From: Mobula birostris
Lineage: Eukaryota
Direction: 5' to 3'
Length of the DNA stretch: 64,000 bases
Assembly (NCBI RefSeq): GCF_030028105.1
Contig: NC_092373.1
Span: forward strand, 37,663,770-37,727,769
Under the pieces are notes generated by a model. It was not told where the DNA came from. It searched no databases and saw nothing but the letters and a program-made list of their open reading frames with translations. Made by a program: the position numbers and the translations under genes. How positions within the stretch are numbered: the stretch's first letter is position 1; each line of letters begins with the position of its first letter. Below, in pieces: positions 50,209 to 62,591 of this stretch.

Positions 50209-50345
50209 GTATATCGAAGCATGTTGAGAATGACGTTGCTTCACAGCAATTGACAGTGGACGCAAACATGGCTGATGTTTGTAAAAGTGATCTGCAAATT
50301 GACACCAATGGAAATACCGCGCTGAACATTGAAACCGAAGTTTAA
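50209..50345 (+). CDS. C2orf72: C2orf72 probable last coding exon (GISKHVENDVASQQLTV...IETEV*)
   Basis: cattttctAG acceptor in phase 1, open to TAA, with AATAAA downstream at 50829. Sequence conservation is low, so the call rests on structure. Confidence 0.65.
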
Positions 50346-51486
50346 ATAATTTGACCCTTTTTTCTAAATCTGCATATTCATTACAAAGTACTAGAACCTG
50401 CTGAGAAAAGCAAATTATATAGCTAACTTTCCACAAGTGATATTTCCCATTTCTGATTCTATTAGTTGGGAAGAGTTGTTATTTCAAAACAATGTGAAAT
50501 GTATTATGAATATATACAAACAGTAGATTACATGGTTAACTAACAACAAGGTAATGGTATGCGCATTCATTTTCTAGATTTGTTTTTCACTAAAATCCAG
50601 TTACCACTTGTAATAATAGTTGGAGTCCAAAGTTATGCTAGCCCACTACTATTGAATTAACTCTTGTTGACAATGACAAAAAGATGTATTTCTGCCTGGC
50701 TGACTTTAGCCAGATTTGCAAAAAAAAGAAAGGAAACTGTAAGAGGTCTCCTGGGAACCATTTGAAACCTCCTTCTCTTCTGTTATTATAATTTTTTTAA
50801 TAATAATGTACTTGAATGAAAATTATTAAATAAAGACCATGAGGATACCTAATATACTATAGGGGTAAACCTATAATTTTCTAATACTACTTTAATATTT
50901 TAAAAAGAGGTTTGCATTGCGTCAGCAAACTTTTACCAACTAGTCTGCTGTTGATGTAACTTTTTAAAATAAAGTTAGCTTATTCCTGTTACTTGTTTAT
51001 TCAGAAACAGAATATCGCCTGTTTAGAATAATTTTAATATAAGGGTTTTGAAATACTACATAACTACCTGTTGAAAAGTTGATGCACAAAATTAAACATT
51101 TGAGAATCACTAACAGTATAAAATTGCAGTTTTAATAATGGTGTTGCCATTAAACAAAAATATGTAAAAGTGATTGGTTTGTGAACAAAACAGAAATGGG
51201 CTCCCTTGAAGGCAGCAAAATTTTGAACATGTTTACTATAGATGTATAGAGGAACTATTTTATCCTTTGGACAGAATTCTCTGCAAAACTGGAGGATTTG
51301 TTGTTTCTGAAAATGGTGAATGAGATGCAAACTCATTGCAGAGGTCTGAGTCAACATTGTCAGGTACTCCAAGTATAGGATGACCCACACTTGGAAGAAC
51401 ATCACCACGAGTTGAGGTGCAGCACTGCACTACTAAAAATATTTATTTAGGGCCGTATTTTAAAAAAAATAAAGCAATAAATAAAG

Positions 51487-52460
51487 AGTGCAGAGGAGAT
51501 TTACAAGGATGTTGCCTGGATTGGAGAGCATGCCTTATGAGAATAGGTGAAGTGGACTTGGCCTTTTCTCCTTGGAGCAATGGAGGACAAGAGGTGTGTA
51601 AGATGATGAGAGGCATTGATTGTGTGGATAGCCAGAGGCTTTTTCCCAGGGCTGAAATGGCTAACACAAGGGGGCATAGTTTTAAGTTGCTTGGAAGTAG
51701 GTACAGTGGGGATGGCAGGGGTAAGTGTTTCACCCAGAGATTGGTGGGTGCACGGAATGCACTGCCAGTGATGGTAGTGGAGGCAGATACAATAGGATCT
51801 TTTAAGAGACTTTTAGATAGGTGCATGGAGCTTAGAACAATACAGGGCTTTGTGATAGGGTGATTCTAGGCAGTTTCTAGAGTAGGTTACGTGGTTGGCA
51901 CAACATTGTGGGTGAAGGGCCTGTAATGTGCTGTAGATTCCTATGTTCCATGTTGTAATTGTCCATTCAATTGGGTTGCTAGATATTTGAGTATACAAGT
52001 AAATAAAATATAAAATTATCAGCTGATTACACACCAACATAATCAGATGGTTCTGAGGCTATACTCGCTGGAGTTTAGAACAAAGAGAGGGGATCTCTTT
52101 GAAACCTATTGAATATTGAAAGGGCTTGATGGAGTGGATGTTTCCTGTAGTAGTTCAGTATAGGCCCAGAGGGCATAGCCTCCAAATGGAGGGATGTCCA
52201 TTTAGGACAGAGTTGAGAGATTTCTTTAGCCAGAGGCTGGTGAATCTGTGGAATTCATTATCACAGATGGCTGTGGAGACAGAGTATACGTAATATACTT
52301 AAAGCGGAGGTTAATAGCTTCTTGATTAGTCAAAGGTAACAGGGAATAGACAGGTGATTGGATTTGAGAGGGCTAATAAATCAGCCATGATGGAATGGCA
52401 GAACTGACTAAATGGGCCAAATGGCTTAATTCTGCTCCCAAGTCTTTATGGTCTAATATT
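51487..52460 (+). mobile_element. Two CR1-type LINE 3' ends
   Basis: VCKMMRGID.VD..LFPRAEM.NTRGHSFK and FTQR.V..WN.LP motifs. Confidence 0.8.
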
Positions 52461-55400
52461 ATTAGTCCCTGCTGCATTTATGATAGCCTATTCATTACCA
52501 GTTTGGACTAAAATACTTGAAATGAAGTTGAATCCCATTTACTTAAATCCACTTTGTGTCTTAGTTCATCAGCAAATTTAGATTACGCAGATAGTTTTAC
52601 CAACTCCATTTATATCTATACAATTTAGGCAAAATTGTTTCAGTAATTTAACTTAAAAAAGCAATAGAGCTATATGTAATTTTTAATTGTTTCAACAATG
52701 GAGAGTGGGAATCATTTTGTGTAGATAAACCTGGGCACGTTAATACTGACACCAAGAAATTGGAAGTTAATTTATCACTCAAGTGAAGCTATTAATAAAC
52801 TAAGCTAAATAAATGAGTCATCTTTTATTTTGCTAGAGGATTACAGGGATAATTTATTTTGAGGATGTGTGGGCTTTGTTTTTCCACAAGGAAAATCTAC
52901 ATAAAAATCTTTTTTAATCCATTTACATTTTATAGCTATTGAATTTCTACATAATGTCTAATTCGTCTAAAACTTAGGTCCACAATAGGAATTCAGATAT
53001 TTTACATTAATCAAATACAAAACAGCATTTCAGAGGGAATTAGTTTTAAAACTTTCTTAAAAATTTTCTTTTACTCTCAATAATGTACTCTATTGGAAAA
53101 GTACATGTTTCCTAAATGAAATCTATCCATGTACTGTAATGAAATGTATATATGAATCACTAAATAATTTAGATAGTATTGATCATTTTATGGCAATTTA
53201 TGCTTTCACTGACTGGCACTGACAATCTGAAGTAAACTGTCTATGTTCAATGTGTTTCGAAGGTGAGAAAAAAATCAGTATAAAATACTTCAAATCAATA
53301 ATAAAATACATCAATACATCAGACTCTGGATCTTTTAAAACTAAAGTATGAAAATACTTTTATTAGCCATTTTGACACATAGCTATTATAGATTGTTCTT
53401 AATATAACCCTAAGTGAAAGTCTTAAAAAATTCTGAGGCACTTCCACATTTATGAATCAGTTAAAATATTAATAAAGAAATTACTCAATAGCTTTCACCA
53501 ATCTAAAACAAATTGGGTAACAATCCTGTGGTTTAGCTAATTTAAATTAAAGAAGAAATTCAGTAAAGGATTATGTAATTTTCACTTGCTTCAACAGAAG
53601 AGATAATTTGATACTTAACAAAACAAAAATCATTTTTAGGTTGTTTGTACAGAGTCCAATTGTCTGCATTTCGGGTGGCTTTTGAAATACTACATCAATA
53701 GGAAGAAAATCGTATAAAAGTGAGAACTTACAACCAGGTAACTTAACATTGTTTAATAATAGTTCAAGACTCTTGAGCAGATACTCTAGTAATCAACACA
53801 AAAACCCTGGATGAACTTAGCAAGTCACGTAGCACCTACAGAAGAAAATGGACAGTCAATGTTTCAGGTCCAGATGATTTAAAGGGAAAGTAACTGGTAT
53901 ATTTTTTTAAAAAAGCAGAGGGAAAAGTGGATTAAGAGCTACACCAGTCCTGAGGAAGGATCTTGATCCAATACATTGACTCTATTTCCTTTCCGTAGAT
54001 GTTGGCTGACCTGCTGAGTTCCTCTTCCAGCATCTGCAGAATCTCTTCTGTTTATGGAGATAGAACTGGCAAGTGATAGGTTCTCTATATTCAAATGACT
54101 GACTAATGTTCCTGCTGGGGCACAAGATAGAATGATCAATTGGGTAAAGTATCAGAGAGCAACTTGTGCTCCCCAGCAATAAGTCAAATGTTTTCAGAGA
54201 AAGAATGAAGTCAGATTGCAGTCTGTTTGCTGTGAAGCATCAGTTTATGTATTCTGCCATAATGCTAATATTTCCATTAGTTTGTAAGATCTGCATTAAA
54301 AACAAATGAACAGAAATTCTTCTTCCAGATACACTTCAAACTTTTTGAATCAAGTTACTCAAACTGAAAAAGTATCAGAGTGATTTGTATGTGATGCTTG
54401 ATTAAATTAAATCTTCCATTGAAATAGTGATGGAACTAATGTATTAACGGTAAGTTAATGCAACATTTGTACCTTCACTAATATGACAGGATTACTTGAG
54501 AAAGCAGTATTTATTCGCACCTATATATTTTCAAGTGATCTAAATGGAACCCGATTATAAATAATGTGTATTTTCCGTGATTCAATGACAGTTACATCTT
54601 TAATGAGTCAAAACTAAATTATCAAGGTTTATCCTGTGAAGTTAAATTTTGAATTTTAGATATATTGAGTACTGAAAATATTTGGAGTGGAGTATAATTC
54701 TTATACAGTATTATTTTCTATGAGAAAAGTAGTGGGAAATTAAGGATTTGCTCTTCACTAATTATTTAAGCTTCATTCATCAGTCAACCTTGTATACACT
54801 TTATTCTGTATTTTACTGTGTTCCCTTTGGGTTTAGTTTATGGAATTGAGATACTGTAACTCCACTATTTTCAGAACAAAGATACTGTGAGCATTAATTA
54901 AAATCGCTTGACAATTTGACAAGCTTTATTAATTCTTAGCCACACACCAATGGCAAGATAATTTATATTAAAGGGAAAGGCCATCAAAAACATTAGTAGT
55001 AAAATTATAAAATTACCAGTCTAGTTACTCAAGAGTAATTGGAGATCCCGTAGCTTTTTTTCCTCTGAGTCTATTTCCTGGTTGATAATTGGTGCACCTG
55101 TAATAAGGAAAGAGCGTGTAATAAGACAGGAGTACTGTCAACTTTGTTATTTATTTAGCGATACAGCGTGGATTGAATTGAATTGACTTTATTTTTTACA
55201 TCCTTCACATACTGAGTAAAAATCTTTACGTTACGTCTCCTTCTGAATGTGCGATGTGCAAATTATAGTAATTTGTGATATGTACAGTAAGATACAGTAG
55301 ACAACAGAATAGTCAATATAGCTTTGAGATACGATTGTGTCAGCGTGAATTAATCAGTTTGATGGCTTTGTGGAAGAAATTCGTCCCAGAGCCTGTTGGA

Positions 55401-55504
55401 CCTGGCTTTAATACTGCGCAGGCAGTAGCTGGAACAGTTTGTGGTTGGGGTGACTCCTGTCCTCAATGATCCTTCAGGCCTTTGAACCACGCCGGCTCAG
55501 CAAC

Positions 55505-55710
55505 TCCCGATTAACCCTAACCTAATCACAGGACAATTTACAATGACTAATTAACCCGCCCGGTACGTGTTCAGGCTCTCTTTAAACTGGAGCACCCAGG
55601 GAAAACCCACGCATTCCACAGGGAGGACTATGGACTCTTTACAGATGACACCAAAATTGAACTCCGAAATGCCCTGAGCTGTGACAGTGTCGTGCTGACC
55701 GCAACGCTGT
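55505..55710 (-). mobile_element. V-SINE fragment
   Basis: tgcgtgggttttccctgggtgctccagttt V-domain. Confidence 0.6.
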
Positions 55711-55774
55711 CTTGGCGTCCTAATCCAAAAGTGTCTATACAGCATGAACTGTTTGATAAAGTGTCAATTCTTAA

Positions 55775-56510
55775 CATCATGGTAATCCTCATCGAGGGAT
55801 CAGAAGTGGAGAGAGTGAGCAACTTCAAGTTCCTGGGTGTCAAGATCTCTGAGGATCTGACCTGATCCCAACATATCGATGTAGTTATAAAGAAAGCAAG
55901 ACAGCGGCTATACTTCATCAGGAGTTTGAAGAGATTTGGCATGTCAACAAATACACTTAAAAACTGCTATAGTTGTGCCGTGAAGAGCATTCTGACAGGC
56001 TGCATCACTATCTGGTATGGAGGGGCTACTGCACAGCACTGAAAGAAGCTGCAGAAGGTTGTAAATCTAGTCAGCTCCATCTTGGGCACTAGCCTACAAA
56101 GTACCCAGGACATCTTCATGGTGCGGTATCTCAGAAAGGCAGCGTTCAATATTAAGGACCTCCAGCACCCAGGGCATGCCCTTTTCTCACTGTTACCATC
56201 TGGTAGGAGATACAGAAGCCTGAAGGCACACACTCAGCAATTCGGGAACAGCTTCTTCCCCTCTGGCATCCGAATCCTAAATGGACATTTAATCTTTGGA
56301 TACTACCTCACTTTTTAAAAAATATACAGCATTTCTGTTTTTGCACGTTTAAAAAAATCTATTCAATATATGTAATTGATTTACTTGTTTATTTGTTATT
56401 ATTTATTTAATTTATTATCTTTTTCTCTGCTAGATTATGTATTGCATTGAACTGCTGCTAAGTTAACAAATTTCACATCACATGCCGGTGATAATAAACC
56501 TGATTCTGAT
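55775..56510 (+). mobile_element. Rex1/Babar-type LINE 3' part
   Basis: VERVSNFKFLGV.ISEDL, KARQRLYFIRSLKRFG and HPGHALFSLLPSGRRYRSL; tail aataaacctgattctgat. Confidence 0.82.
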
Positions 56511-57109
56511 AGACGTGATTATAAAATTGCAGATACAAACCTACAACTTTTAAAGTCGTGAATATTCAACCTAAATATCAAGAGTTATATAAATTTTAAC
56601 TAACGAATAGGTGACAAATCTAATTTGTATAGTACAAATAAAAGTACATTTAAATTTTCTGAATAGGTTTGTTGCTTTTATCACAGATCAATAGATTGAA
56701 ACAATGCACAAATCAATTACAGTATTGAGTATTGTGATAGGTATCTAAGTGTATATCGCCATCAAGTGGCATAATACAAACTAATCTCGCTTTTGCCAGC
56801 AATGAATTCCTGGGCTATGGCAGACTTGCGAGAGCTGTGAAGACGTTTCCATTGTTGGCAGACAGGACAATAAATGTAATTAAAGGGATTAAAGTTATTT
56901 ATAAATAAGGAGAGAGTGCCCGACGCCAGTCCCCTAGGCCTGAGTCGACGTAGTAGTAGAGAGTGATTCTGAAAAAAATACATTGTGTTTAAAGTTACTG
57001 CATCCCGTTGTTTAATACTTAATCATTACATACAATATGACAGATTTCAAGGTAACTATATTCAAACTATATTAGTATTTTATATCAGAAACAGATTAAT
57101 GTTTATAGT

Positions 57110-57680
57110 CATACTTTATTGATCCCGGGGGAAATTGGATTTTCGTTACAGTTGTTCCATAAATAATAAATAGAAATAAAACCATAAATAGTTAAATAGT
57201 AATATGTAAATTATGCCAGGAAATAAGTCCAGGACCAGCCTATTGGCTCAGGGTGTCTGACCCTCCAAGGGAGGAGTTGTAAAGTGTGATGGCCACAGGC
57301 AGGAATGACTTCCTATGACGTTCTGTGTTGCATCTCGATGGAATGAGTCTCTGGCTGAATGTACTCCTGTGCCCACCCAGTACATTATGTAGTGGATGGG
57401 AGACATTGACCAAGATGGCATGCAACTCAGACAGCATCCTCTTTTCAGACACCACCGTCAGAGAGTCCAGTTCCATCCCCACAACATCACTGGCCTTACG
57501 AATGAGTTTGTTGATTCTGTTGGTGTCTGCTACCCTCAGCCTGCTGCCCCAGCACACAACAGCAAACATGATCGCACTGGCCATCACAGACTCGTAGAAC
57601 ATCCTCAGCATCGTCCGGCAGATATTAAATGACCTCAGCCTCCTCAGGAAATAGAGACGGCTCTGACCCTTCTTGTAGAC
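57110..57680 (-). mobile_element. Rex1/Babar-type LINE 3' end (second family, well preserved)
   Basis: ORF 57240-57611: MFYESVMASAIMFAVVCWG...SHPLH...R...T.RHRKSFLP.AI.LYN. Confidence 0.8.
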
Positions 57681-58784
57681 ATAAGTTTAATTGAAGTATA
57701 AACAGAAAATGCTGAAAATATTCAGGAGCTCAGTAGAAGGAAAAACATACAGATTTAAGATTCACATAATCTATTTACAATCCTCATATTTGCATTTCAT
57801 TTCTCCTTGAAACATGTTCCAACGTTAAAAAAGTGGTATGCTTAAATATTTATTTTCAATCCTGACCTAAAGTAAATGAAAAGGTGAACAATCTTCAGAT
57901 TCTGAATATATGTATAGCATTTCTGAATATGCTTTAAAATTTATAATTTTCAGTTCTTTGTTCTTGTTTCATTCGTATATGGTGTTTAATGAATATTATT
58001 TAAAATAAGCGAATGAGAAGTACACCGGACGGGAGAAACTGCAGGTGCTGGGATCTGGAGCAACCAACAACCAGCTGGAGGAACTCAGCGGGTACAGGAG
58101 CTGTCGACCATCAGCTTTAAGACTCGGCATCGGGCATAAACGCAAAACGTCGAAGTTCCTCTCCCGCGGGGGTTCCCAACCTTTTTAATGCCATGAACCC
58201 TACCATTAACGACGAACCTGTAAATCACAGTCCATTGCTTGAAGCATCGTCATGTGGCAAAAGTATAAACTGGATTTCTGCCTAATTTTGTCTATAATTT
58301 CAGAATTATTTTATAATTCATAGCCTCGGACCCATTCACAGTAATTCCCCACCCATTTGACGCCGGCTCCATTACTCCAAATCACAGCCCGTGTCGCCAT
58401 CCGGCACCCGCCAAAGGCGGGGCTTCAACGCAGCTGTCTATCGAATGCCTGTGACTAAAAGAGTAGAGCTGCGAAAGTATTTTATATATTGCCATAAAAT
58501 AGATAATAATAATAATAAGTTGTTTTAATGAAATAAAAGGTGCTACTTGTGAGGTAATTGCTGTGACGGGAGAAGCAGGCGGCAGCAGGGGTTGCGAGGA
58601 CCCCAGGGGGGTGAAGCAAGTAGGGTTTGTAAGTGAAAACTCCTGAGTCAGAGCGGCGGCGAGTCCCGGCACCGGGCAGGCGGTACCGTACCGAGCGCTG
58701 TGCCGACCCACCACAAACCGAGCGGGCGGCGCAACATCGAATCTGGGCACCGGCACACTTAGCGGGCGGTAGAGCGGTTACAAC

Positions 58785-58800
58785 ATGATTACCTCGGCCG
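58785..58800 (+). CDS. PSMD1: PSMD1 (Rpn2) first coding exon, MITSA(A); later exons not seen in the window
   Basis: caacATGATTACCTCGGCCG|GTGAGT in a CpG island. MITSA is the recalled PSMD1 N-terminus, and the gene is syntenic with C2orf72. Confidence 0.88.
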
Positions 58801-59102
58801 GTGAGTAAGGCTGCTCGAGTTCGCCCCTTCTCCCTGTTCGGTGCCCGGCTGAGCCTGAAGATGCTGCCGGCTGGTTTGAGATCTGCGTGACCGTTAATAC
58901 AATAAGAGAAGGCTAGAAATCCTCGACAGCATTCTCTTATTATCTGGAGAGCTACACATACACACGAAAAACAGGTTGATGTTGCATCTTGTGAACTGGT
59001 CAGTTGTTGCTTTGTGCGCTTGATAGCCTGCGCCCGCACAGGCCTAGAAAACCTCACTTTGGCTCGTTTGGAGGTGTTAAATATTCGCTAGTAGTTGCCT
59101 GG

Positions 59103-59121
59103 GACTCAGCAGCTGAGTCAT
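59103..59121 (-). promoter_or_regulatory. ARE/MARE-like site (ATGACTCAGC) within a GACTCAGC-A-GCTGAGTC palindrome, PSMD1 intron 1
   Basis: Perfect RTGACTCAGC core on the minus strand. Proteasome genes are known NFE2L1 targets acting through AREs. Confidence 0.55.
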
Positions 59122-59319
59122 TGAATGAATGAGGCCTGAGAACGGGCTTCGCACCCGGGGCCGCGCGTTAATCGGCGCCTTAGTGCAACAGGAAGAGGTT
59201 CATTTGTGGGAGAACGTGAGGCTAGCTAGAGTGCGCGATGTGTCTAAAATCAAGAGCCGTGTCATTATGTTGACGAAAGAGTCCGGGGCAGAGTTTTCAT
59301 ATGATCGGTAACTCCGAGC

Positions 59320-61185
59320 AAGAAACGGACCAAGTTACTCATGAATCAGAGGCTTATAAGGCATTGGCCAGACCACATTTGGAGTGTTGTGAGCAGTTCT
59401 GGGCCCCATATCTAAGGAAGGATGTACTAGCATTTCAGAAGGTCCAGAGGAGGTTTACGAGAATAATCCCGGGTTAACGAAAGGTTAACCTGTGAGGAGT
59501 GTTTCATGGCTCTGCACTTGTACCCGCTGGAGTTCCGATGAATGAGGAGGTATTTCATTAAAGCCGACCCAATATTGAAATACCTGGATAGAATGGTTGG
59601 AGGGACGATGCTTCCAATTGAGGGCGAAACTAGTACTAGAGGACACAGACTCAAAATAGAAAAGGACGTCCCTTTAGCACACAGATAAACATGAATTTCT
59701 TTATCCAGAGGAGTTGAATCTGTAGAATTCATTGCCACAAACGGACAAGTCATTTGGTATATTTAAAGCGGAAATGGATGGGTTCTTGATTAGTTAGAGT
59801 GTCAAAGGTTACCGGGAGAAGGTAGCGTGGGTAACCTCAATCTTCTCAACTCTGAATTGATTTTACAACATATGGATTCACTTTCAAGGACTCAACAATT
59901 CATATTCCCAGCTTTGTTGTTTCTTTTTATATGTGCAGGTTGTATTCTTTCGAACAATTGTTTATCAATCTTTGTGTGATTTTTCATTGATTCTTTTATT
60001 TCACAAAGAATACCCACAAGAAAATTAATCTCAAGGTAGCATAGTGATGTATGTGCTTCGATAATAAATTTACTATGAACTTTTGAATGGGATTGAGAGG
60101 GGCTGCTCAGTTGCCTGGCGATTAGCGTGACGCTTTACAGCGCAAGGGATTGGAAGATTGGGGTTGAATTACTGCAGGTGACTGTAAGGAGTTTGTGCAT
60201 CTTGTGACTGGGTTTTCTCCTACTTTCCTAAGACATGTGTAGGAGTCACGTATCTAATTATTGTCTGTCGGAATTGTATTTGTGTTGCGCATCCTCACTC
60301 TGCATTAAGGTACTTTGTCACCTATCAACTTCCCCTTTAAAAAATACCCAATCACTTGGCCTCCACCGCCATCTGTGGCAACGAATTCCAAAGATTAATT
60401 AAAATAATTTCAGATTCACCAATGTCTGGCTAAATAAATTCCTCCTTATCACTGTTCTAAAGGGAGAACCTTGTATTCTGAGGCTGTGCCTTCTGGTGGT
60501 AGACTCCCTTCCTATAGGAAAATCCTCTCCATGTCCACTCTGTCTAGTCCTTTCAATATTCCATTGGCCTCAGTGAAATCTTCCCCGCCCCCCAATTCTT
60601 CTGAACTCCAGTGAGTACAGGATCACAGCCATCAAATGTTCTTCATGCATTAACCCTTCCAGTCCTGGGATCATTCTTGTGAACCTCCTTTGGACCTTCT
60701 CCAATGCCAGCACATCTTTCCTTAGATAAGGGGCCCAAAACTGTTTACAATCAACACTCCAAGGATGTTGGCTGGATTGGAGAGCATGTCTTATGAAAAT
60801 AGGTTGAACTTGGCCTTTTCTCCTTGGAGCGATGGAGGATGAGAGATGACCTGATTGAGGTGTATAAGATGATGAGAGGTATTGATCGTGTGGATAGCCA
60901 GAGGCTTTTTCCCAGAGCTGAAATGGCTAATGTGAGGAGGCATAGTTTTGGAAGTAGGTACAAGGGGGATGTCAGAGGTAAGTTTTTCACATAGTGGTGG
61001 GTTCATGGAATGCACTGCCAGCGAAGGTGGCAGAGGCGGATACAATAAGGTCTTTTAAGAAACTCTGAGATAGGTACATGGAGCCTAGAAAAATAGAGGG
61101 CTATGTGGTAGGATAATTCTAGGCAGCTTCTAGAGTAAGTTACATGGTCGGCTAAAGGACCTGTAATGTGCTGTAGATTTTCTGT
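59320..61185. mobile_element. Cluster of CR1 3' fragments in both orientations plus SINE pieces (PSMD1 intron 1)
   Basis: Plus-strand copy at 59320-59830, minus-strand copy at 60320-60755, plus-strand copy at 60760-61185. Confidence 0.75.
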
Positions 61186-62116
61186 CTTAATTAGTCCTGA
61201 TCTTTATAGAAGGTGACACAGACTTTGAAGGGCGAGTTGTCTCGTCTTGATATTACTGTGTGAGTAAGGTGATGGTATTTTTTTTGTCCAGAGTTGCTGA
61301 GAAAACAAGATATAATAAAAGGAAACTGAAGTTTTTGCTGTTCTCAAAACTATCAGCTTTGACTTGGAAGAAGTTTATTATGCATGATTTTATGCTGGAT
61401 AGGTAGTTTGATTAGAATTCTTGTTGTGTCATAGAAATTGATGCCGTAGAAGGAAACCATTCAGCCCATCGTGTTCATGTTGGCTAAAAATGGGCCTAAT
61501 CCCATTTCCCAGCTTCTGGTTCATAGTCTTATAGGTTATGGTTCTTAAAGCTGTCATTCAAGTAGTGATGATTTCTTTCATCATCTTTTCAGGCATTGAG
61601 TTCCTGGCTTATTGAGTAGCACTCTGGTTATTAGACTGAAAGCAGATAGCAGGACTGAACAGATTGTTCTTGGGCCTCAGCTATTTGCAATTTTTGTCAA
61701 CAATTTGGCTGAGGTGACCAAATGCGATTTCCCCCCCCCCCCCCAGATTTCCTGTTGCTATTAACCTAAGTGGGATTATTAATGCAGAGGTGTGTTTAAA
61801 GAGCATCAAGGTGATATGGGCAGGATCTGTAAGAATGTGGCAAATGGAATACAACGTGGAGGAATACAAGGTCATTTATTTTGATGTACCATGGATTCCA
61901 GTTAACTGGAACACATTGGGACCTGCTGCTGGCCCAAGTAGCCAAAGTTTCATGGAAATAGTTGAAAGGGTATAAGTAAAGGCAAACTACTGTTTAACTG
62001 AGTAGCGAATTATGTAGTTAAATGAAATACAGAACAAATTGGAACACCAACAATACTACTGCGGTACTATACTACTGTTATCGACAGAGGAATACATTGT
62101 GTGTACGCTGCCGTGT

Positions 62117-62591
62117 GGGGGGTGTCCAGGGAGGCACATCAGGAGGAGGAGTTGTCTTGCCCATTCTGGAGTTGCTCACTCACCCTTGGTTCCCACCAAG
62201 ACACTCAGCTCTCATCTGTGGCTCCCAAGTAGTTGTTTGTATGCGACAGTGGCCGCACTCCGGTGCACCTTTTCAGCAGTCAGGCTAAATCAGGTGAGGA
62301 TTCATACCCCAGTAAAATATGTCCGAGCATGTGAAATCGGCTGTGGCAGACTGGATGGATACAATGAATAGTGAGATCCAATGGCCAAGAAGGTGGTTCT
62401 GCAGCACTTTGCGGAGAATGAAGCCATGATAAGGCACAAAAGTAGTCATGGCTATCCACTGTAACCAAGAAAACCACTGGATCCAGACTTCTGAGGTCAG
62501 AAGAGTGGAACTGTCCCCTTGTAATGGCTTTTCCACTTTATAAACTCCTTCACAGGTTTCACTGTCATGGGACACGACAGATAACCAACGT
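62117..62591 (+). mobile_element. Non-coding ~475-bp retroelement (probably RTE-mobilised) starting with an HDV-like ribozyme fold
   Basis: 10-bp TSD GCTGCCGTGT at 62107-62116 and 62592-62601. Homologous to 27747-28258. Confidence 0.75.
62119..62298 (+). ncRNA. Candidate HDV-like self-cleaving ribozyme
   Basis: P1 GGGGUGU(62119)/GCACUCC(62255); P2 CUCAUCUG(62211)/CAGGUGAG(62291); P3 GGC/GCC; P1.1 CC/GG; J4/2 GCUAA with C62285. Confidence 0.6.

Larger units (their letters stand above)
58320..59310. promoter_or_regulatory. CpG island / promoter of PSMD1
   Basis: High CpG density compared with the AT-rich flanks; GC boxes; TGAGTCA at 58644-58650. Confidence 0.75.

Noticed and set aside
58382-59057. 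124-aa and 191-aa minus-strand ORFs
   Set aside because: Stop-poor CpG-island sequence around PSMD1 exon 1; no recognisable protein.
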